Of a stretch of DNA of 64,000 nt, positions 13,994 through 28,717 are shown one piece after another. Below the pieces are notes generated by a model. It did no database searches and was not told the origin of the DNA. It saw only the letters and a list, made by a program, of their open reading frames with translations. The position numbers and the translations under genes are program-made. The DNA lies in contig CM075993.1 in NCBI GenBank assembly GCA_038087875.1, positions 5,892,001 to 5,956,000 on the forward strand, read 5' to 3'. The stretch comes from Malacoraja senta (lineage: Eukaryota). Each line of letters begins with the position of its first letter. Position 1 is the first letter of the stretch.

Positions 13994-15746
13994 GGTTTTT
14001 TCTTGTTTATTATGGGTCTGACAGAGTACTATGTTTACATATCTGTCGTGCTGCTGCCAGTAAGAATTTCATAGTTCTGGTTTGGAATAAACGACAATAA
14101 AACATCCTTGACCCTTGACTAAAAGAGTGATGTGTCTTAGGTGGACCTTGGCCTGGGCATGACTATAAAGTGCAGGCAATGATCTGAGCAAGGCAGATAA
14201 AGCAAGGACACAGGCTGGGATTGAAGTCCACAGGAAAGAGAATGATTCTCTCTTACACGACAGATCCTTATTTCTTAGCAAAGAATTGGCAGCTATTCAA
14301 CCTTGGACCAGCTTTATTTAATTGAACTGAGTTCCCATGTGAAATAGGGTACGACATAAGGTAGGAGACTGACCTCTGGTGACACAGGAGGTATACGAGA
14401 TCAATGGAATTAGTAAGGCTGTCAGACTTGAGAGGAGGCATCTGTTACCCAGTCTTCTGCTAGGATTGATACCTTTGGATAAATATAAGAAACAAGAATG
14501 ACTTTACTTAATAAACAGGCATGGGCAAGGAGAAGGTCCCATGCTGTAGCTATTACACTTGCAGGCAGTATGGGTAGCAGGCGGTCAGGAAGGGCTGGAT
14601 GAAACAGTATTCAGCCCAGAACCCACTCTGTCCCTCCTATTCTATCAACATCTCATTCTGCCCCTTGTCATCTACAAGGAAGGTGGTGCAGCGGTAGAGT
14701 TGCTGCCTTACAGCGGCAGAGACCCCGGTTCGATCCTGACCTCGGATGCTGTCTGTACAGAGTTTGTACGTTCTCCGCGCGGGTTTTCTCCAGTTTCCTC
14801 CCACACTCCAAAGACGTACATGTTTGTAGATCACTTGACTTTGGTAAAATTGTAAATTGTCCCTAATGTGTGGGATAGTGCCAGTGTACGGGGTGAACAC
14901 TGGTTAGCGCAGTCTTGATGGACCGAACGGCCTGGTTCCGTACAGCATTTCTATTCTAAAGGTGTACCATAGATTCATTAATCAGATGTCTGATCAATAT
15001 CGCTATACCAATTGCTTAGCAAGCATCCACATACATTGCCTGTTGCGTTCCTATTTTGACTCTAAAGTATTTTCGTGCAAACAGAAAGATATCTGTAAGG
15101 CGCGTTAGAAATGACCATCTGACAGTCATTTCAGTCTCGCCAATAACAGTATCACACTGACAAGTATTACACTGCAATGCTGACCTATGCGTGTTTTCCA
15201 GTTGGATGCTAAATCTTGTTAAAATGGATAGATACAAGGGGCTGCAGATGCTGGTGTACAAAACCCCCCCACAAAGTGCTGGAGTCACTCAGCGGGTCAG
15301 GCAACATCTCTGGAGGTTTAATTGCCTTCAAAAAAGTCTAAAGAGAGGAGATTGGATAATGGATCAATCAATATGGATTTGAGATCAGTATTCATGTTTC
15401 GCACATGACAAATGGTCATACATTTGATATTAGTAATTAGGCCAACTAAAGCATTTGCTTTTCTATAGCATCTTTCAGATCTCCAATCATCCAAAAGCAC
15501 TTTACAGCTAAATACAGTCATTTGTTAAAGTATCATTAATGCTGTAGTTGCCTGATTTACACACACCCAATTCCCACAACTAGCGATCTGTAATTGGCCA
15601 GTTAATCTGTGTTGCTGTCCGCTGAATGAATATTGCAAAGCTGTTCCCACTGTCAGTTTACACGGTCCACTGTCGGAACCCATTGTCCACTTTCACCACC
15701 GGCACCCATTATCAGTGCCCATTGTCCACTTACACTCCACTGGATC

Positions 15747-15803
<57 letters not shown>

Positions 15804-16348
15804 ATCTGTTTGTGCTGGAAGACTGCAAGTGCTGGTTTAATCTGAAGATACACACAAAATGCTGGAGTAACTCAGCGGGGCAGGCAGGATCTCTGGAGAG
15901 AAGGAATGGGTGACGTTTCGGGTCATTCCCGTTCTCATCCCTTCTCTCCCGAGATGCTGCCTGCCCCGCTGAGTATCTGTTTGTGCACGTGTGTGTCTCT
16001 GTCATTGCACATTAATTTGGGGTCTCGGGCAGCTTTAATTGACCATCCCAAAGTGGGTTGAGCAAGGCCCTGAGAACACAACAATTCTGAATGGACCCCA
16101 ATAATAATTTCAATTCTTAGTTCTTATGAGCATCCATGGCAATGTATAAAATGCATCATCCCCCAGGCACTACAATCCTCTCTCGACATCTCCCTCCTCC
16201 TCTCAGACACCTAGTTCTAACACCTCCTTCATCGATTCATTGTTGATTTTCACTATCTATGTTCCTGGGGAGAACCTTGAGCATCTTTGCCATTGAAAGT
16301 CCTACATAAACGTTGTGGTTGTGCCTCTGTTCCTCTTTATATTCTCAG

Positions 16349-16547
16349 TGCTGACTATCCCGATCTCCGAAAGCACAACAACTGCATGTCCTCCAGCATG
16401 ACCCCTGGAATTTATGCCAGACTTCGGGATAAGGCCACACGTAGTGGCTGGACTCTGGATCAGAGCATCCAGACTGGAGTGGACAACCCTGGACACCCTT
16501 TCATCAAGACCGTCGGCATGGTGGCAGGCGATGAGGAATCCTACGAG
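16349..16547 (+). CDS. CKMT1: Mitochondrial creatine kinase, coding exon 2
   Basis: ctcag|[26 protein letters not shown]...[24 protein letters not shown]; donor gtaaag; 199 bp, phase-compatible with exon 1. Confidence 0.95.
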
Positions 16548-17980
16548 GTAAAGGAAGAATCATCTTCCACTGGATCACTGGGCAGGGAGAGTGGTGACAG
16601 AACAAACACAAGTGGGTTTGATTGGTACGGGTGTCAGGGGTTATGGGGAGAAGGCAGGTAGTTGAGGCTGGTACAATTGCAATGTTTAAGAAACATTTAG
16701 AAAGGTACATGAATAGGACAGGTTTAGAGGGATATGGGCCAAACAGGCTGGTGGGACTAAAATGGGGCACGTTGGGCGATGTGGGCAAATGGACTGAAAT
16801 CCACGCTGTAAGATTTTATGACTCTATAATGGGATTGAGAGGGAAAGATAGATCAGCCATGATTGAATGGTGGAGTAGACTTGATGGGCCGAATGGCCTA
16901 AGTCTGCTTCTATGATTTATGAACTTGTGGACTCACTTAATGATCGATTTATGTTTGCCCAACGCTCTACGTCAGCTTGGGACATCCCAAAGTATCTCAC
17001 AATCAATGAGGCACCACGTGATCACTGCTGTAATAAACTAAGTAATAAAAACATCAAGAGGGGATACAGGGCAGAGATTTTCTTGAGCTGTATCTGCTCA
17101 CAGCTGGTCCAATCTTGTCCTCGGCACCACGTTCCTACTCTGTCCCCATACTCCTCGACCTCCTTGTTCTCTCTGCCTTGAATGATTCCACATCCATAGC
17201 GTTCCTGGGTGGAGGATTCCAAAGATTCTCATCCGTCTAAGTGAAGGAATTCCTCATACTTTCTGTCAGATTCGAACTTTAGTTCTAGATACTCCAGCTG
17301 GGAGAAACATTCTCTCTGCGTCACCCACAGTCTTTATGCTTTAGTCCGTTCAGCCCCTCATCCTTCTACGCTCCAATAAAGGGTGCCAAGGGTTATGGGG
17401 AGAAGGCAGGAAAATGGGATTAGGAGCCAGAGATCAGCCGTGATTGAATGGTGGAGTGGACTCGATGGGCCGAATGGCCTAATTCTACTCATATGGCTTG
17501 TGAACTTGTGAGTATAGGTCAAACGTGACCAACCACTTTTTGTATGAAAGTGTCTTCATCGCAGGGAGCGAATCCCCCTGCACTGCCTCCAAAGTCCAAC
17601 TTAGTTAAGTTTAGAGATACAGGGTGGATCACCAAATCCACACCGACCATCGATCACCCATATACTTGGTCTATCCGACACGCTAGGGGCAATTTACAGA
17701 AACCAATTATCCTACAAACCTGCATGGACTATGGGAGGAAACCGGAGCACCCGGAGAAAACCCATGCGGTCACAGGAAGAATGTGCAAACTTCATACAGA
17801 CATCACCCATAGTCAGGATCAAACCCAGGTCTCTAGTGTTGTAAGGCAGCAACTCTACCACTGTTTCCTAATGCTGTCTTCTATAATGATGCAGTGAATG
17901 TTTCCTCTTGAACCCCTGTCCCACGATGCGAGTTCACCCAAGAGTTCTCCCGAGTTTTAAAAAAAAATCTAACTCGTGGT

Positions 17981-18467
17981 CAATAGACAATAGACAATAG
18001 ACAATAGGTGCAGGAGTAGGCCATTCGGCCCTTCGAGCCAGCACCGCCATTCAATGTGATCATGGCTGATCATCCCCAATCAGTACCCCGTTCCTGCCTT
18101 CCCCCCATATCCCCCAACTCCACTATCTTTAAGAGCCCTATCTAGCTCTCTCTTGAAAGCATCCAGAGAACCTGCCTCCACCGCCCTCTGAGGCAGAGAA
18201 TTCCACAGACTCACAACTCTCTGTGAGAAAAAGTGTTTCCTCGTCTCCATTCTAAATGGCTTACCCCTTATTCTTAAACTGTGGCCCCTGGTTCTGGACT
18301 CCCCCAACATCGGGAACATGTTTTCTGCCTCCAGCGTGTCCAAACCCTTAACAATCTTATATGTTTCAATAAGATCTCCTCTCATCCTTCTAAACTCCAG
18401 AGTGTACAAGCCCAGCTGCTTCATTCTCTCAGCATATGACAGTCCCGCCATCCTGGGAATTAACCTT
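17981..18467 (-). mobile_element. CR1 LINE 3' end nested inside a Harbinger-like MITE
   Basis: ORF MAGLSYAERMKQLGLYTLEFRRMRGDLIETYK...FFSQRVVSLWNSLP; tail (ctattgt)n. Confidence 0.92.
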
Positions 18468-18725
18468 GTGGTACCTCATCACGAGTATTTTTTTACTCTT
18501 GGAAATTTTTCACACTGTTGAAAAAACTTCACGAGTTCCGCGTTTCCCGAGTACCTTCCGTAAACATTACGAGCCGCTACGAGACATCCACGAGCTCCGA
18601 CGTAGCCACTACGTACATTCTACGTACTTATCACGAGTTTGATTTTTTTTTTTTACTCGGGAGAGCTCTTGGGTGAACTCGCATCGTGGGACAGGCCATT
18701 AACACTGTCTTCTGCAATGATCCAG

Positions 18726-18820
18726 GTTTTGCTGACATTTTTGACCCAGTGATTATGGAAAGGCACAATGGATACAACCCAAAGGTCATGAGACACCCAA
18801 CTGACTTGGACGCAAGTAAA
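18726..18820 (+). CDS. CKMT1: Mitochondrial creatine kinase, coding exon 3 (apparent 1-nt deletion at its start)
   Basis: ccag|GTTTT GCT GAC...; (V)[31 protein letters not shown]; donor gtgagt. It is 95 bp but both flanking introns are phase 0, so one base is missing in the GTTTT run. Confidence 0.9.
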
Positions 18821-19674
18821 GTGAGTATAAATATGAATTACTGGAAGATATTATTGTTAACTTGGGGCTTCTAAGGTAGAAAATTGCTTCCAGGTGCTTC
18901 ACAGGGACACAATCAAACAAAATGTCACACTGCGCTAACTTGCAATGTCAGTGTCAATAACAACTTGGCCAAAGAGGTTGGTTTTACAATTGGGGGAGGA
19001 GGAATGTGAAGGAATTCATTTAGTTTAGAGGTCCCTTCGGACCACCGAGCCAGCGCCAACCAGCGATTCCCGTACACTTTCACTATCCTACCCACGAGGG
19101 AACAACTTACAATTTTTTTTACCTCAACCAATTAACCTACAAACCTGCACACCTTTTGGAATGTGGGAGGAAACCTGAGCACCCAGAGAAAACCCACACG
19201 GTCGCGGGGGAGAACATACAAATTCCGTCCAGACAGCACCCGTAGACAGGATCGAACCCGTCTCTGGCGCTGTGAGGCAGTAACGTTGGCTCTGCGCCAC
19301 CGCTTTTTTACGCAGGAAGTTGCAGTTTAGGGACAGTGAGGGGGAGGGGTTGTTGAGGGCGGCATCACAGGAGTCCATCAGTTGGGGAGGGTAGATTTCA
19401 TGTTGCAGGATTGCTCCCGATGGATACAATAATAATTATCAATGAACTTTCGTCAGGAGATCTAACAGGGGAGGAGAGGCAAAGTGTCCATTTACAGTGA
19501 AGGGTCCATGGGATGGAGGTGGTGAGATTCAATGGGAGAGTCAGTCTATGAAAGGGACGTGTCCTTGAAATGTGGAATGAGATTGAGTGGGTGGAGAATT
19601 GAACTTGTTTTACATAGATATCATCTCTCTATTACCTGCACTTCTGCTCTCTTCTCCGTCTCCATTTGCAACAA

Positions 19675-20135
19675 TGATCCCAGGAATGAGTGGGCTAACA
19701 TATGACGAGCATTTGACAGCACTGGGCCTGCACTCGCTGGAATTTAGAACGATGAGGGGGGACCTCATTGAAACTTACCCAGTAGTGAAAGGCCTGGATA
19801 GAGTGGTTGTGGAGAGGATGTTTCCACTAGTGGGAGAGTCAAGGGCCAGAGGTCACAGCCTCAGAATTATAGGACGTTCCTTTAGGAAGGAAATGAGGAG
19901 GAATTTCTTTATTCAGAGGGTGGTGAATCTGTAGAATTCATTGCCACAGAAGGCTGTGGCGGGCAATGTCAGTGGATATATTTAAGGCAGAGATAGAAAG
20001 ATTCTTGATTAGTAAGGCTGTCAGGGGTTATGGGGAGAAGGTAGGATAATGGGGTTAGGAGGGAGAGATAGATCAGCCATGATTGCATGGCAGAGTAGAC
20101 TTGATGGGCCGAATGTCCTAATTCTGCTCGTAGAA
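19675..20135 (+). mobile_element. CR1 LINE 3' end
   Basis: IPGMSGLTYDEHLTALGLHSLEFR..RGDLIETY..FFIQRVVNL plus 3' UTR. Confidence 0.9.
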
Positions 20136-21680
20136 CTTATGATCTCGTCCCACCCAGAGATGGACCACAGCTTACAATGGAACACCATCCATGACCTTGA
20201 AGCCTTGCATAGGAGTCCACACAGCAGAAACACCTCTTCTCTCTCACACCTCTCCATGCTTTTTCACCTTCAACAATCATTCACTTCATACCGTATCTGG
20301 ATAGGAAGGGCTCAGAGTGATTTGGGCCAAATGCAGACAAGTGGGATTACCCTGGCATGCCAACTCAGTCAGTATGGACATGGTGGGCCGAAGGGCCTGT
20401 TTCTGTGCGGTATAGGTCTATGACTCATGGCACCACTGCATGCAAGCACTAGAAATGCAACACCTGCCCTTTGATCACTTCCCTTCCGGACAAACAGTCC
20501 TTCCATCAACCATCATCTATTGCAACAAGTGATGGCTCCCACTGATTGTCGCCGGAAGCTTGCGTCCTTTTCAGCACGGACGATGACAGCGAAACATGGA
20601 AGATGGACAGGAAAGAAGAAGAAATCTGCAATAATAACCACAAGTTTCCAATTGCCTGTCACTTCAATTCTCATCTCACTCTTATTCTCGGTCTTTCTAA
20701 TATTTCTCATTCTGCTCCAAACTACAGACCAAAAAAAAACCCATCCTCCATCTGGGCAGTTTGCATCTCTTATTAAACTCCACAATTTCAGATAACCAGC
20801 CTTTCCAGTTTGAGTCTGAAATGAGCAAAACACTGCTGGAGGAACTCAGTGGAAGAATAGACAGACGATGTTTCCGGTTTGGATTCTTCTTCAGATTCCT
20901 CCTTCTTCAAGAACCATTTTCTTGAGTCTGAAGGGTCCCGATCCACAAGGTCATCTGTCCGTTTCCTCCACAGATGCTGAGTTCCTCCAGCACTTTGTGT
21001 TTTGCTTGATATTCCATGATCTGCAGTTCCTTATGTCTACCTTGTGTACTGTTCAACTGCAAAATCTCCTCAAAGTACAACCTACTTTGAAGACTTGTTT
21101 AAGAAGGAACTGCAGATGCTGGAAAAATCGAAGGTAGACAAAAATGCTGGAGAAGCTCAGCGGGTGAGGCAGCATCATAGATGCTGCCTCACCCGCTGAG
21201 TTTCTCCAGCATTTTTGTCTACCTACTTTGAAGACCTCCTCTCTCCATCGAGGGTTCCATGAGATCCTCTCTCACTCTCCTGATTCCTACCATGTTCTGA
21301 CCCAGATTGCGTATCTTTCCTCAGTCTGAAGAAGGTTCCGAACCGAAATGTCACATGATCATTTCCCTTTTAGATGCTGCCTGACCCACACTTAGTTTCT
21401 CTAGCACTTTGTGTTTAGCTCAAGATTTCAACATCTGCAGTCTCTTGTATCTTCACCTTGTGTCTGAGGTGACCCGCTCTGATGCTTCCTAGCTTATCTA
21501 TAAGATACAGCATGGAAATGGGGTCCTTTGGCCCACCCAGTCCATGCCGACCATAGATCACCTGTTCCCACTAGTTCTACGTCACCCCACTTTCTCATCC
21601 ACTCCCTACACACTAGGGGTAATTTACTGAGGTTAATTAAACTACAAACCTATTTTGACTTTTCCGTTTCCTAATTGCAG

Positions 21681-21902
21681 ATCAAGAACGGGCAGTTTGA
21701 TGACAAGTACGTTCTGTCTTCCCGAGTGAGAACAGGCCGCAATATCCGTGGGCTAAGCATGCCCCCCGCCTGCACCCGTGCTGAGAGGAGGGAGGTGGAG
21801 AGGGTGACTGTGGACGCCCTGGCCGGGCTGAAGGGCGACCTGGCGGGAAGATACTACAGCCTGTCCAACATGACGGAGAAGGAGCAGCAGCAACTCATTG
21901 AT
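21681..21902 (+). CDS. CKMT1: Mitochondrial creatine kinase, coding exon 4
   Basis: ttgcag|[40 protein letters not shown]...EKEQQQLID|gtaagg; 222 bp. Confidence 0.96.
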
Positions 21903-22731
21903 GTAAGGCGTGGAACCAATGTCTCATCTTCAGCAAGGGAGAGGACACTGTCCCATCACACTGTCTCAGGGCAGGGACAGCAGGAGATGGACATAGGGGA
22001 CAATTCCCTCAACACTGTCCCGTCACACACTCCCACGGCTGGGGCAGCAGGGGTCACAGAGACAGTTCAGAGGGCACAGGTTGCGATGGGGACAGATTTC
22101 TCTTGCAGTCGTGGGACTGAGTCACATTGCTCGGGCAATAGACAATAGACAATAGACAATAGGTGCAGGAGTAGGCCATTCGGCCCTTCGAGCCAGCACC
22201 GCCATCCAATGTGATCATGGCTGATCATCCCCAATCAGTACCCCGTTCCTGCCTTTTCCCCATATCCCCTGACTCCGCTACCTTTAAGAGATAGCGGAGT
22301 CATTTCCCTTTTAGGCAGAGGGAGGTCCACATTATATCCGACCCTCGCCGTCGCAGCCATGATGTATGTGGTGGGATAGTGTGGAAGCAGCACCACTCTA
22401 TACCCGGTCCACACTGCTCCCTATCCTGGGTGCTTGATGAGGCAGTGTAGAGGGAGATTTACTGCACATCTAGACAGTGCTCTCCCTAGTCTGGGAGAAC
22501 ACGAGTCTAGTGAGCTATCACTCTTCACCCGAAACATCACCCGTTCCTTCTCTCCAGAGATGCTGCCTGTCCCGCTGAGTTACTCCAGCATTTCGTGTCT
22601 ACCTTCGGTGTAAACCAGCATCGGCAGCTCCTTCCTACGCATGGGTTGCTACACAATGCTAGTTTTGCTACGATGATATCTTGCTCCTGTGAATAAGCAG
22701 GGGTAACAACCGTAGACTTTTCCTCCCTTAG

Positions 22732-22817
22732 GATCATTTCTTGTTCGACAAGCCGGTGTCTCCTTTGCTGATCTCTGCCGGGATGGCGAGAGATTGGCCT
22801 GATGCCCGTGGGATCTG
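22732..22817 (+). CDS. CKMT1: Mitochondrial creatine kinase, coding exon 5
   Basis: cttag|DHFLFDKPVSPLLISAGMARDWPDARGI(W)|gtaagt; 86 bp; too short for the ORF track. Confidence 0.96.
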
Positions 22818-23627
22818 GTAAGTCCATCCATCCACCTGTCCCGTCCACCTCTGCTAGTTATGGTCAACCAAGACCTTGGAAAACCTGCTCCGATTTCCCT
22901 CTCTCTCTCTCAACCCTTTCTCCAGATGACCACCCGCTTGCTTCTTCTTGTCTCGGCCCATCTCCACCTCCCATCTTTCTTCTCTCCCACACTTCCTTCT
23001 CCGGTCGTAACTCTCCCCTGGCCTGGTGGCCATCTCCTGACTTGGACAAGGCTTGCTACCTACCTTGTAACCAGAAGCCAAGATGCTCAACCACACAGGA
23101 CTCCCTCTTGCCCTTGATAAACCCAATGACATTTGTACCATTCGTGCGATCAGGCAGGTTCAGTGTCGGGGGAATGGAAGGGGGATGGAGGGGGAGGTGG
23201 GTGTTAATGGAGGGAGGGATAGGGTTCAGCAGAGGGCAGATTGAAGCTTGAAGCTGGTAAATCTAAATTCATTGCATTCACACGGAGGGTGATGGGTATA
23301 TGGAACGAGCTGTTAGAGCAGATAGTTGAGGCAGGCACTATAACAACATACAAGGCATTTGGAAAGGTACATGGATAAGGAAAGGTTTAGAGGGATATGG
23401 GCCAAATCCAGGCAGGTGGGACTAGCGTTGTTGGGTCGGCATGGGCAAGTTGGGCCGAAGGGCCTGTTTCCCTGCTGTATGACTCTATTTGGATTTGATA
23501 ATGAAACAACACATGTCAACGGTGGGGATGGAGCAGATATGGAGGGGTGGATATTTCTGGGTGTGGATACAGCTGAAGCGAGGCCTCTGTTTACCGTGAA
23601 CGTTGCCCGGCTCCCTCTCACTCACAG

Positions 23628-23751
23628 GCACAACAATGACAAGACGTTCCTCATCTGGGTCAACGAGGAGGACCACACTCGAGTCATTGCCATGGAGAAG
23701 GGGGGCAACATGAAGAGGGTGTTTGAGACGTTCTGCCGAGGTCTCAAAGAG
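23628..23751 (+). CDS. CKMT1: Mitochondrial creatine kinase, coding exon 6
   Basis: cacag|(W)[41 protein letters not shown]|gtgggt; contains the NEED catalytic motif; 124 bp. Confidence 0.96.
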
Positions 23752-25464
23752 GTGGGTGAGATTCTGTGTAACAACCAGAGCACAGGAACTGGCCTGGTGC
23801 AGTGGTGGAGGCCATTGGGCCCATCATGCTAGTGTTAGTTCTCAGGTGGACTCATCCATTCAGTCCCAATCCCAAGCACTGGAAACACTTACCCTTCATT
23901 ATTGATACCATATGGATGTCGCTGGCATTTATTGCCCATCTTAAATTGCCCTTGACCAAGTCGCCTTCTTGGACCACTGCCCGCTACGGGATGAAAGTGT
24001 TCCCTTACAGTTGCCAGGAATGGTGAAAGGTTTAGACTTGATAATGAAGGAACAGTTAGATAATTCCGAGACGCAAGGAACTGCAGATGCTGGAATCTTG
24101 ATCAAAATACGAAGCCCTGGAGGAACTCTGGAGGTCAGGAAATGGACGCGATCTTTCAGGTTGGGAGTGGTGATCGGTGGTTGGTTCTAGACTCGGGCCA
24201 AAGGGCCTGTTTCCATGCTGTGTCTTTCAATCAACCAGCCATGTTGGTTCAGTTGAGGTTCTGGCCAATGTTGCCATCAATATCCTGGAGGTCAGGGAAC
24301 TTGGGGATGGTGATGTCATTGAATGCCAGCATGTCCCTAGTTGGAGACGACTTGCGAAGGGCGAATGTCACCCCTCACCTGCAGATGAAATGTGTCCTGA
24401 TCTTAATTCAACTCTACAAAGGTTTTGATTGATTGAGAAGTACAACTTTGAAACAGGCCCTTCAGCCCACCAATATCAATCACTTTGTTCTATGTTATCC
24501 CACTTTCATATCCAATCCCTACACACTAGTAGAAATGTACCAGAGGCCAATTGACATGTTCATAATTTATAGGAGCAGAATTAGGCCATTTGGCCCATCG
24601 CGTCTACTCCGCCATTCAATCATGGCTGACCTATCATTCCCTCTCAACCCCGTTCTGCTGCCTTCACCCCAGACCCAATCAATCTCTGCTTTAAAAATAC
24701 CCATGACTTGGCCTCCACAACCATCTGTGGCAATGAATTCCACAGATTCTCCACCCTCTGGCCAAAGACATTCCTCCTCATCTCCTTTTCTAAAGGTACA
24801 TCATACAAGCCTGCGCGTCTGTGGGATGTGGGATGTGGGAGAAACCGGAGCACCCGGAGGAAACCCACGTGGTCACAGGAAGAAGGTAGAAGCTCCCAAG
24901 GTCAAGATCGAGCCCAGATCTCTGGCGCGGTGAGGCGGCAACTTCGCCAGCTGTGTCTCTGTGCCGCCCAAAGAATCAAGTTCCCAAAGGAATTTTTACT
25001 CCTTTGTTTTAAAGTGGCGGTTGGATTCCACGTCTAGAAGCTCAACAACTCGTGGTGTAAAAATAACTCCTTCTCTCCCCACTGGTTCCTTTGTCAATCA
25101 CGGCATTTGAAACCTGCGTTGCTCTGGTTACCAGCTCTCCTGCCCCGGCAACCGCAGCCTCTGCCTTCCCTCGTGACTGTGGGCTTTATGCTTCTATTCT
25201 GTGTGTGGTTCCTTTTGTTCTATTATATTCGCTTCGCCCAACCCCCCACCTCGACCCCCTACCCGCCAACCCGGGCATTACGGTGGCGCAGCGGTAGAGT
25301 TGCTGCCTCACAGCGCCAGAGACCCGGGTTCGATGCTGACTGCGTCTGCTGTCTTACGGAGTTTGTACGTTCTCCCCGAGACCTGCGTGGGTTTTCTCCG
25401 GGTGCTCCGGGTGCTCCGGTTTCCCCCACACTCCAAAGACGTACAGGGGGGGGTGTGTGGGTGG

Positions 25465-26058
<594 letters not shown>

Positions 26059-28717
26059 TCGCTGGTCGGCGCGGACTCAGTGGGCCGAAGGGCCTGTTTC
26101 TGCGCTGTATCTCTAAGCTAAAACCTAATTAAACAAAACCACTCCAAGCTCCCACATCCTCTTCTTTGTAAGAGAATCTCCCCTTGGTTCTTGCCCGTCT
26201 TGCCCCTGAGTGAATGCAATCTCACACTCCCTCCATCTGGCATCAGAATTGTTAGTTTACCCGTTTGAGCTCGATAACCAAGCCAGCACCGTGTTCAAGT
26301 GAAAGAGCAACAACTAGGCTCAAAGTACTGGAGTAACACACCAGGTCAGGCACCATCTATGGAGAACATGGGGAGGTTTGGGGTCGGGACCCTTCTTCAG
26401 GCATCAAATGGGAGCATCACGGTGGCACAGCTGCAGAGGTTCGATCCTGACCTCGGGTGCTGTCTGTGTGAAGTTTATATGTTCTCATTGTGACTGCGTG
26501 GGTTTCCTCCGGGTGCTCCGGTTTCCTCCACATCCCAAGGACGAGCGAGTTTGTAGGTTAATTGGCCTTCTGTGAACTGCCCCTGGTGTGTAGGGAGTGG
26601 ATGAGAAATTATGAGCGGGTGATCGATGGTCGGCATGGCCTCAGTGGGCTGAAGCCTCGGTTGGACAGGGTGGGGGAGAGGGGGTGAGGCAGGGATGAGG
26701 AATCAGGGTGGGAGGGGGGGGGGTGAGGGGAGGAAACTGTCAACTCCTGTGCATATGGAACCCTCCTCTGCAGTCCCTCTGCCCCACAAGTGTGACTGGG
26801 AGAGGGCCACAGCCAGTGTGGGACTTCCTCAGCTGAGCGGGTCTCTGCTCCGAGTAGAGCCTGCCCCTCACACCAGCCATTCCCCGAGAAGCCCGCGCTC
26901 ACTCTGGGCTCCTCGCTACACTGACCTTCCCTTCACCCCATGTCTGAAGCTCTGCAGAGCAGCACAGGGGACTCCGAGCTGTTTCTGGAGTACCTCAAAC
27001 TACTGGAGTACCTGGAGTACCCGGAACACCACAATTAATAAAAGTGATGAGCGAGAGGAAACCAATAAGTCTTTATGTGACTTATCAATCCAATAATATC
27101 ATGGGAACTGGTTGGTAAGTACAGGTGTCCATTGTTGTAGGAAGGAACTGCAGATGCTGGTTGAAACCGAATATAGACGCAAAATGCTGGAGCAACTCAG
27201 CGGGACAGACAGCATCTCTGGAGAGAAGGAATAGGTGACGTTTCGTGTCGAGACTCTGCTTCAGAGTCTGAGTTACTCCAGCTTTTTGTGTCTATCTGAA
27301 TCTCTTGTCCAGCTCTGACTCGGACATGTATTGGATCTTTTTGGAAGTGCAATCCTGTCACCCATTCCTTCTATCCACAGGTGAACATTGGTTGGGTGTC
27401 TGTAGACAACCTATACTGAGAATATAGGTGGAGGCAAGGCTAAATGGAGGCAAGGCAGGTTACAACGTTATTAGGCCAGGGAGAGCCTGTTCCTGTGCTG
27501 GACTGGTGGTCTTGGGCGATTGGGGACCAGAGCAGAATGGGATAATGGCAGATGATAGCATCAAGTGGGGAGAGAATGGTGATGTCATGGTAGAAGGCCA
27601 TTTGGCCCGTCGTGTCTGTACCAGCGCTACAGAAGAGGGATTTGACTCCCCATCCCATGGCCCTTCCATTCAGCTGACTTCCAGCACCACTGTTCAATCT
27701 GTCACCACTACTCGCCCAGCACCACATTCCAACCCAAACACTCACTGCTTTTCACACAAAGACACTCTTCATCTCGGTTTTGCTTGCAATGCTTTGCCAA
27801 CCACCCTCAGTCTCTGACCCCTGGTTCTGGATTCCCTCTGACAATGGGAACCGTTTCTATCGACTCCGCACCATTGAGAATATTGAACCCTCTCACTGAT
27901 CTCCCTACAACCGCCTTTGTTCACTGAACGACAATCCCGACTTTGTCAGTCTTACGTTGAGAACTAAAGCCTCTCGGCCCTGCAGTCATCTTGTGAAATC
28001 CCACCTGCCAAACCCTTCCTTGTCCTCCTGAAATCCTTGTTCCCTGTGGTTTTGAACATTCCAGATTCCCGGGGCGGCAGGGAGACACCCCGCGTCACGA
28101 CCCGACCACAACGGGACAACCTCTTTTCAGGCTGTCGCCGAAAATGTCGACCAAGTGGGACAGGCCCTTAAGGTGTACCATGACTCAGTCATGATCAAAG
28201 GGAGGAGCAGACTCGATGGGCTGAATGGCCTAATTCAGCTCCTATGCCTCAAGGTCTTAAAACCATCGTATTAGTTGGATACAATTTGCCTTCAAGATTA
28301 TGTATGCTGCCATTCACTAATCTTGTAGGAAGGAACAGCAGGAACACTGAAGATAGACAAAAAATGTTGGAATAACTCAGCAGGACAGGCAGCATCTCTG
28401 GAGAGAAGGAATGGGTGGCGTCTCAGGTCGAGACCCCTCTTCAGACTCCTCTTCAGTTTGAAGAAAGGACTCGACCCGAAACGTCACCCATTCCTTCTCT
28501 CCAGAGATGCTGCCTGTCCCGCTGAGTTACTCCGGCATTTTGTGTCTGTCATTCTCTAATCTTCCCTTACTGAAGAATCCAGCATCTGCAGTTCCTTTGG
28601 GGCCCAATGGCCTGTTCTGTGCTGTACGTTCCATGCAACTTTACATTTTTCACCAATGTCGTGAGCGTCGGATGTTTGGATGGAAGCCGAGTGCTCATGT
28701 GAACCATGTTCCCCCAG

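Noticed and set aside
13423..14100. Long ORFs rich in His/Thr or Cys/Val
   Set aside because: Translations of a (CA)/(TA) microsatellite.
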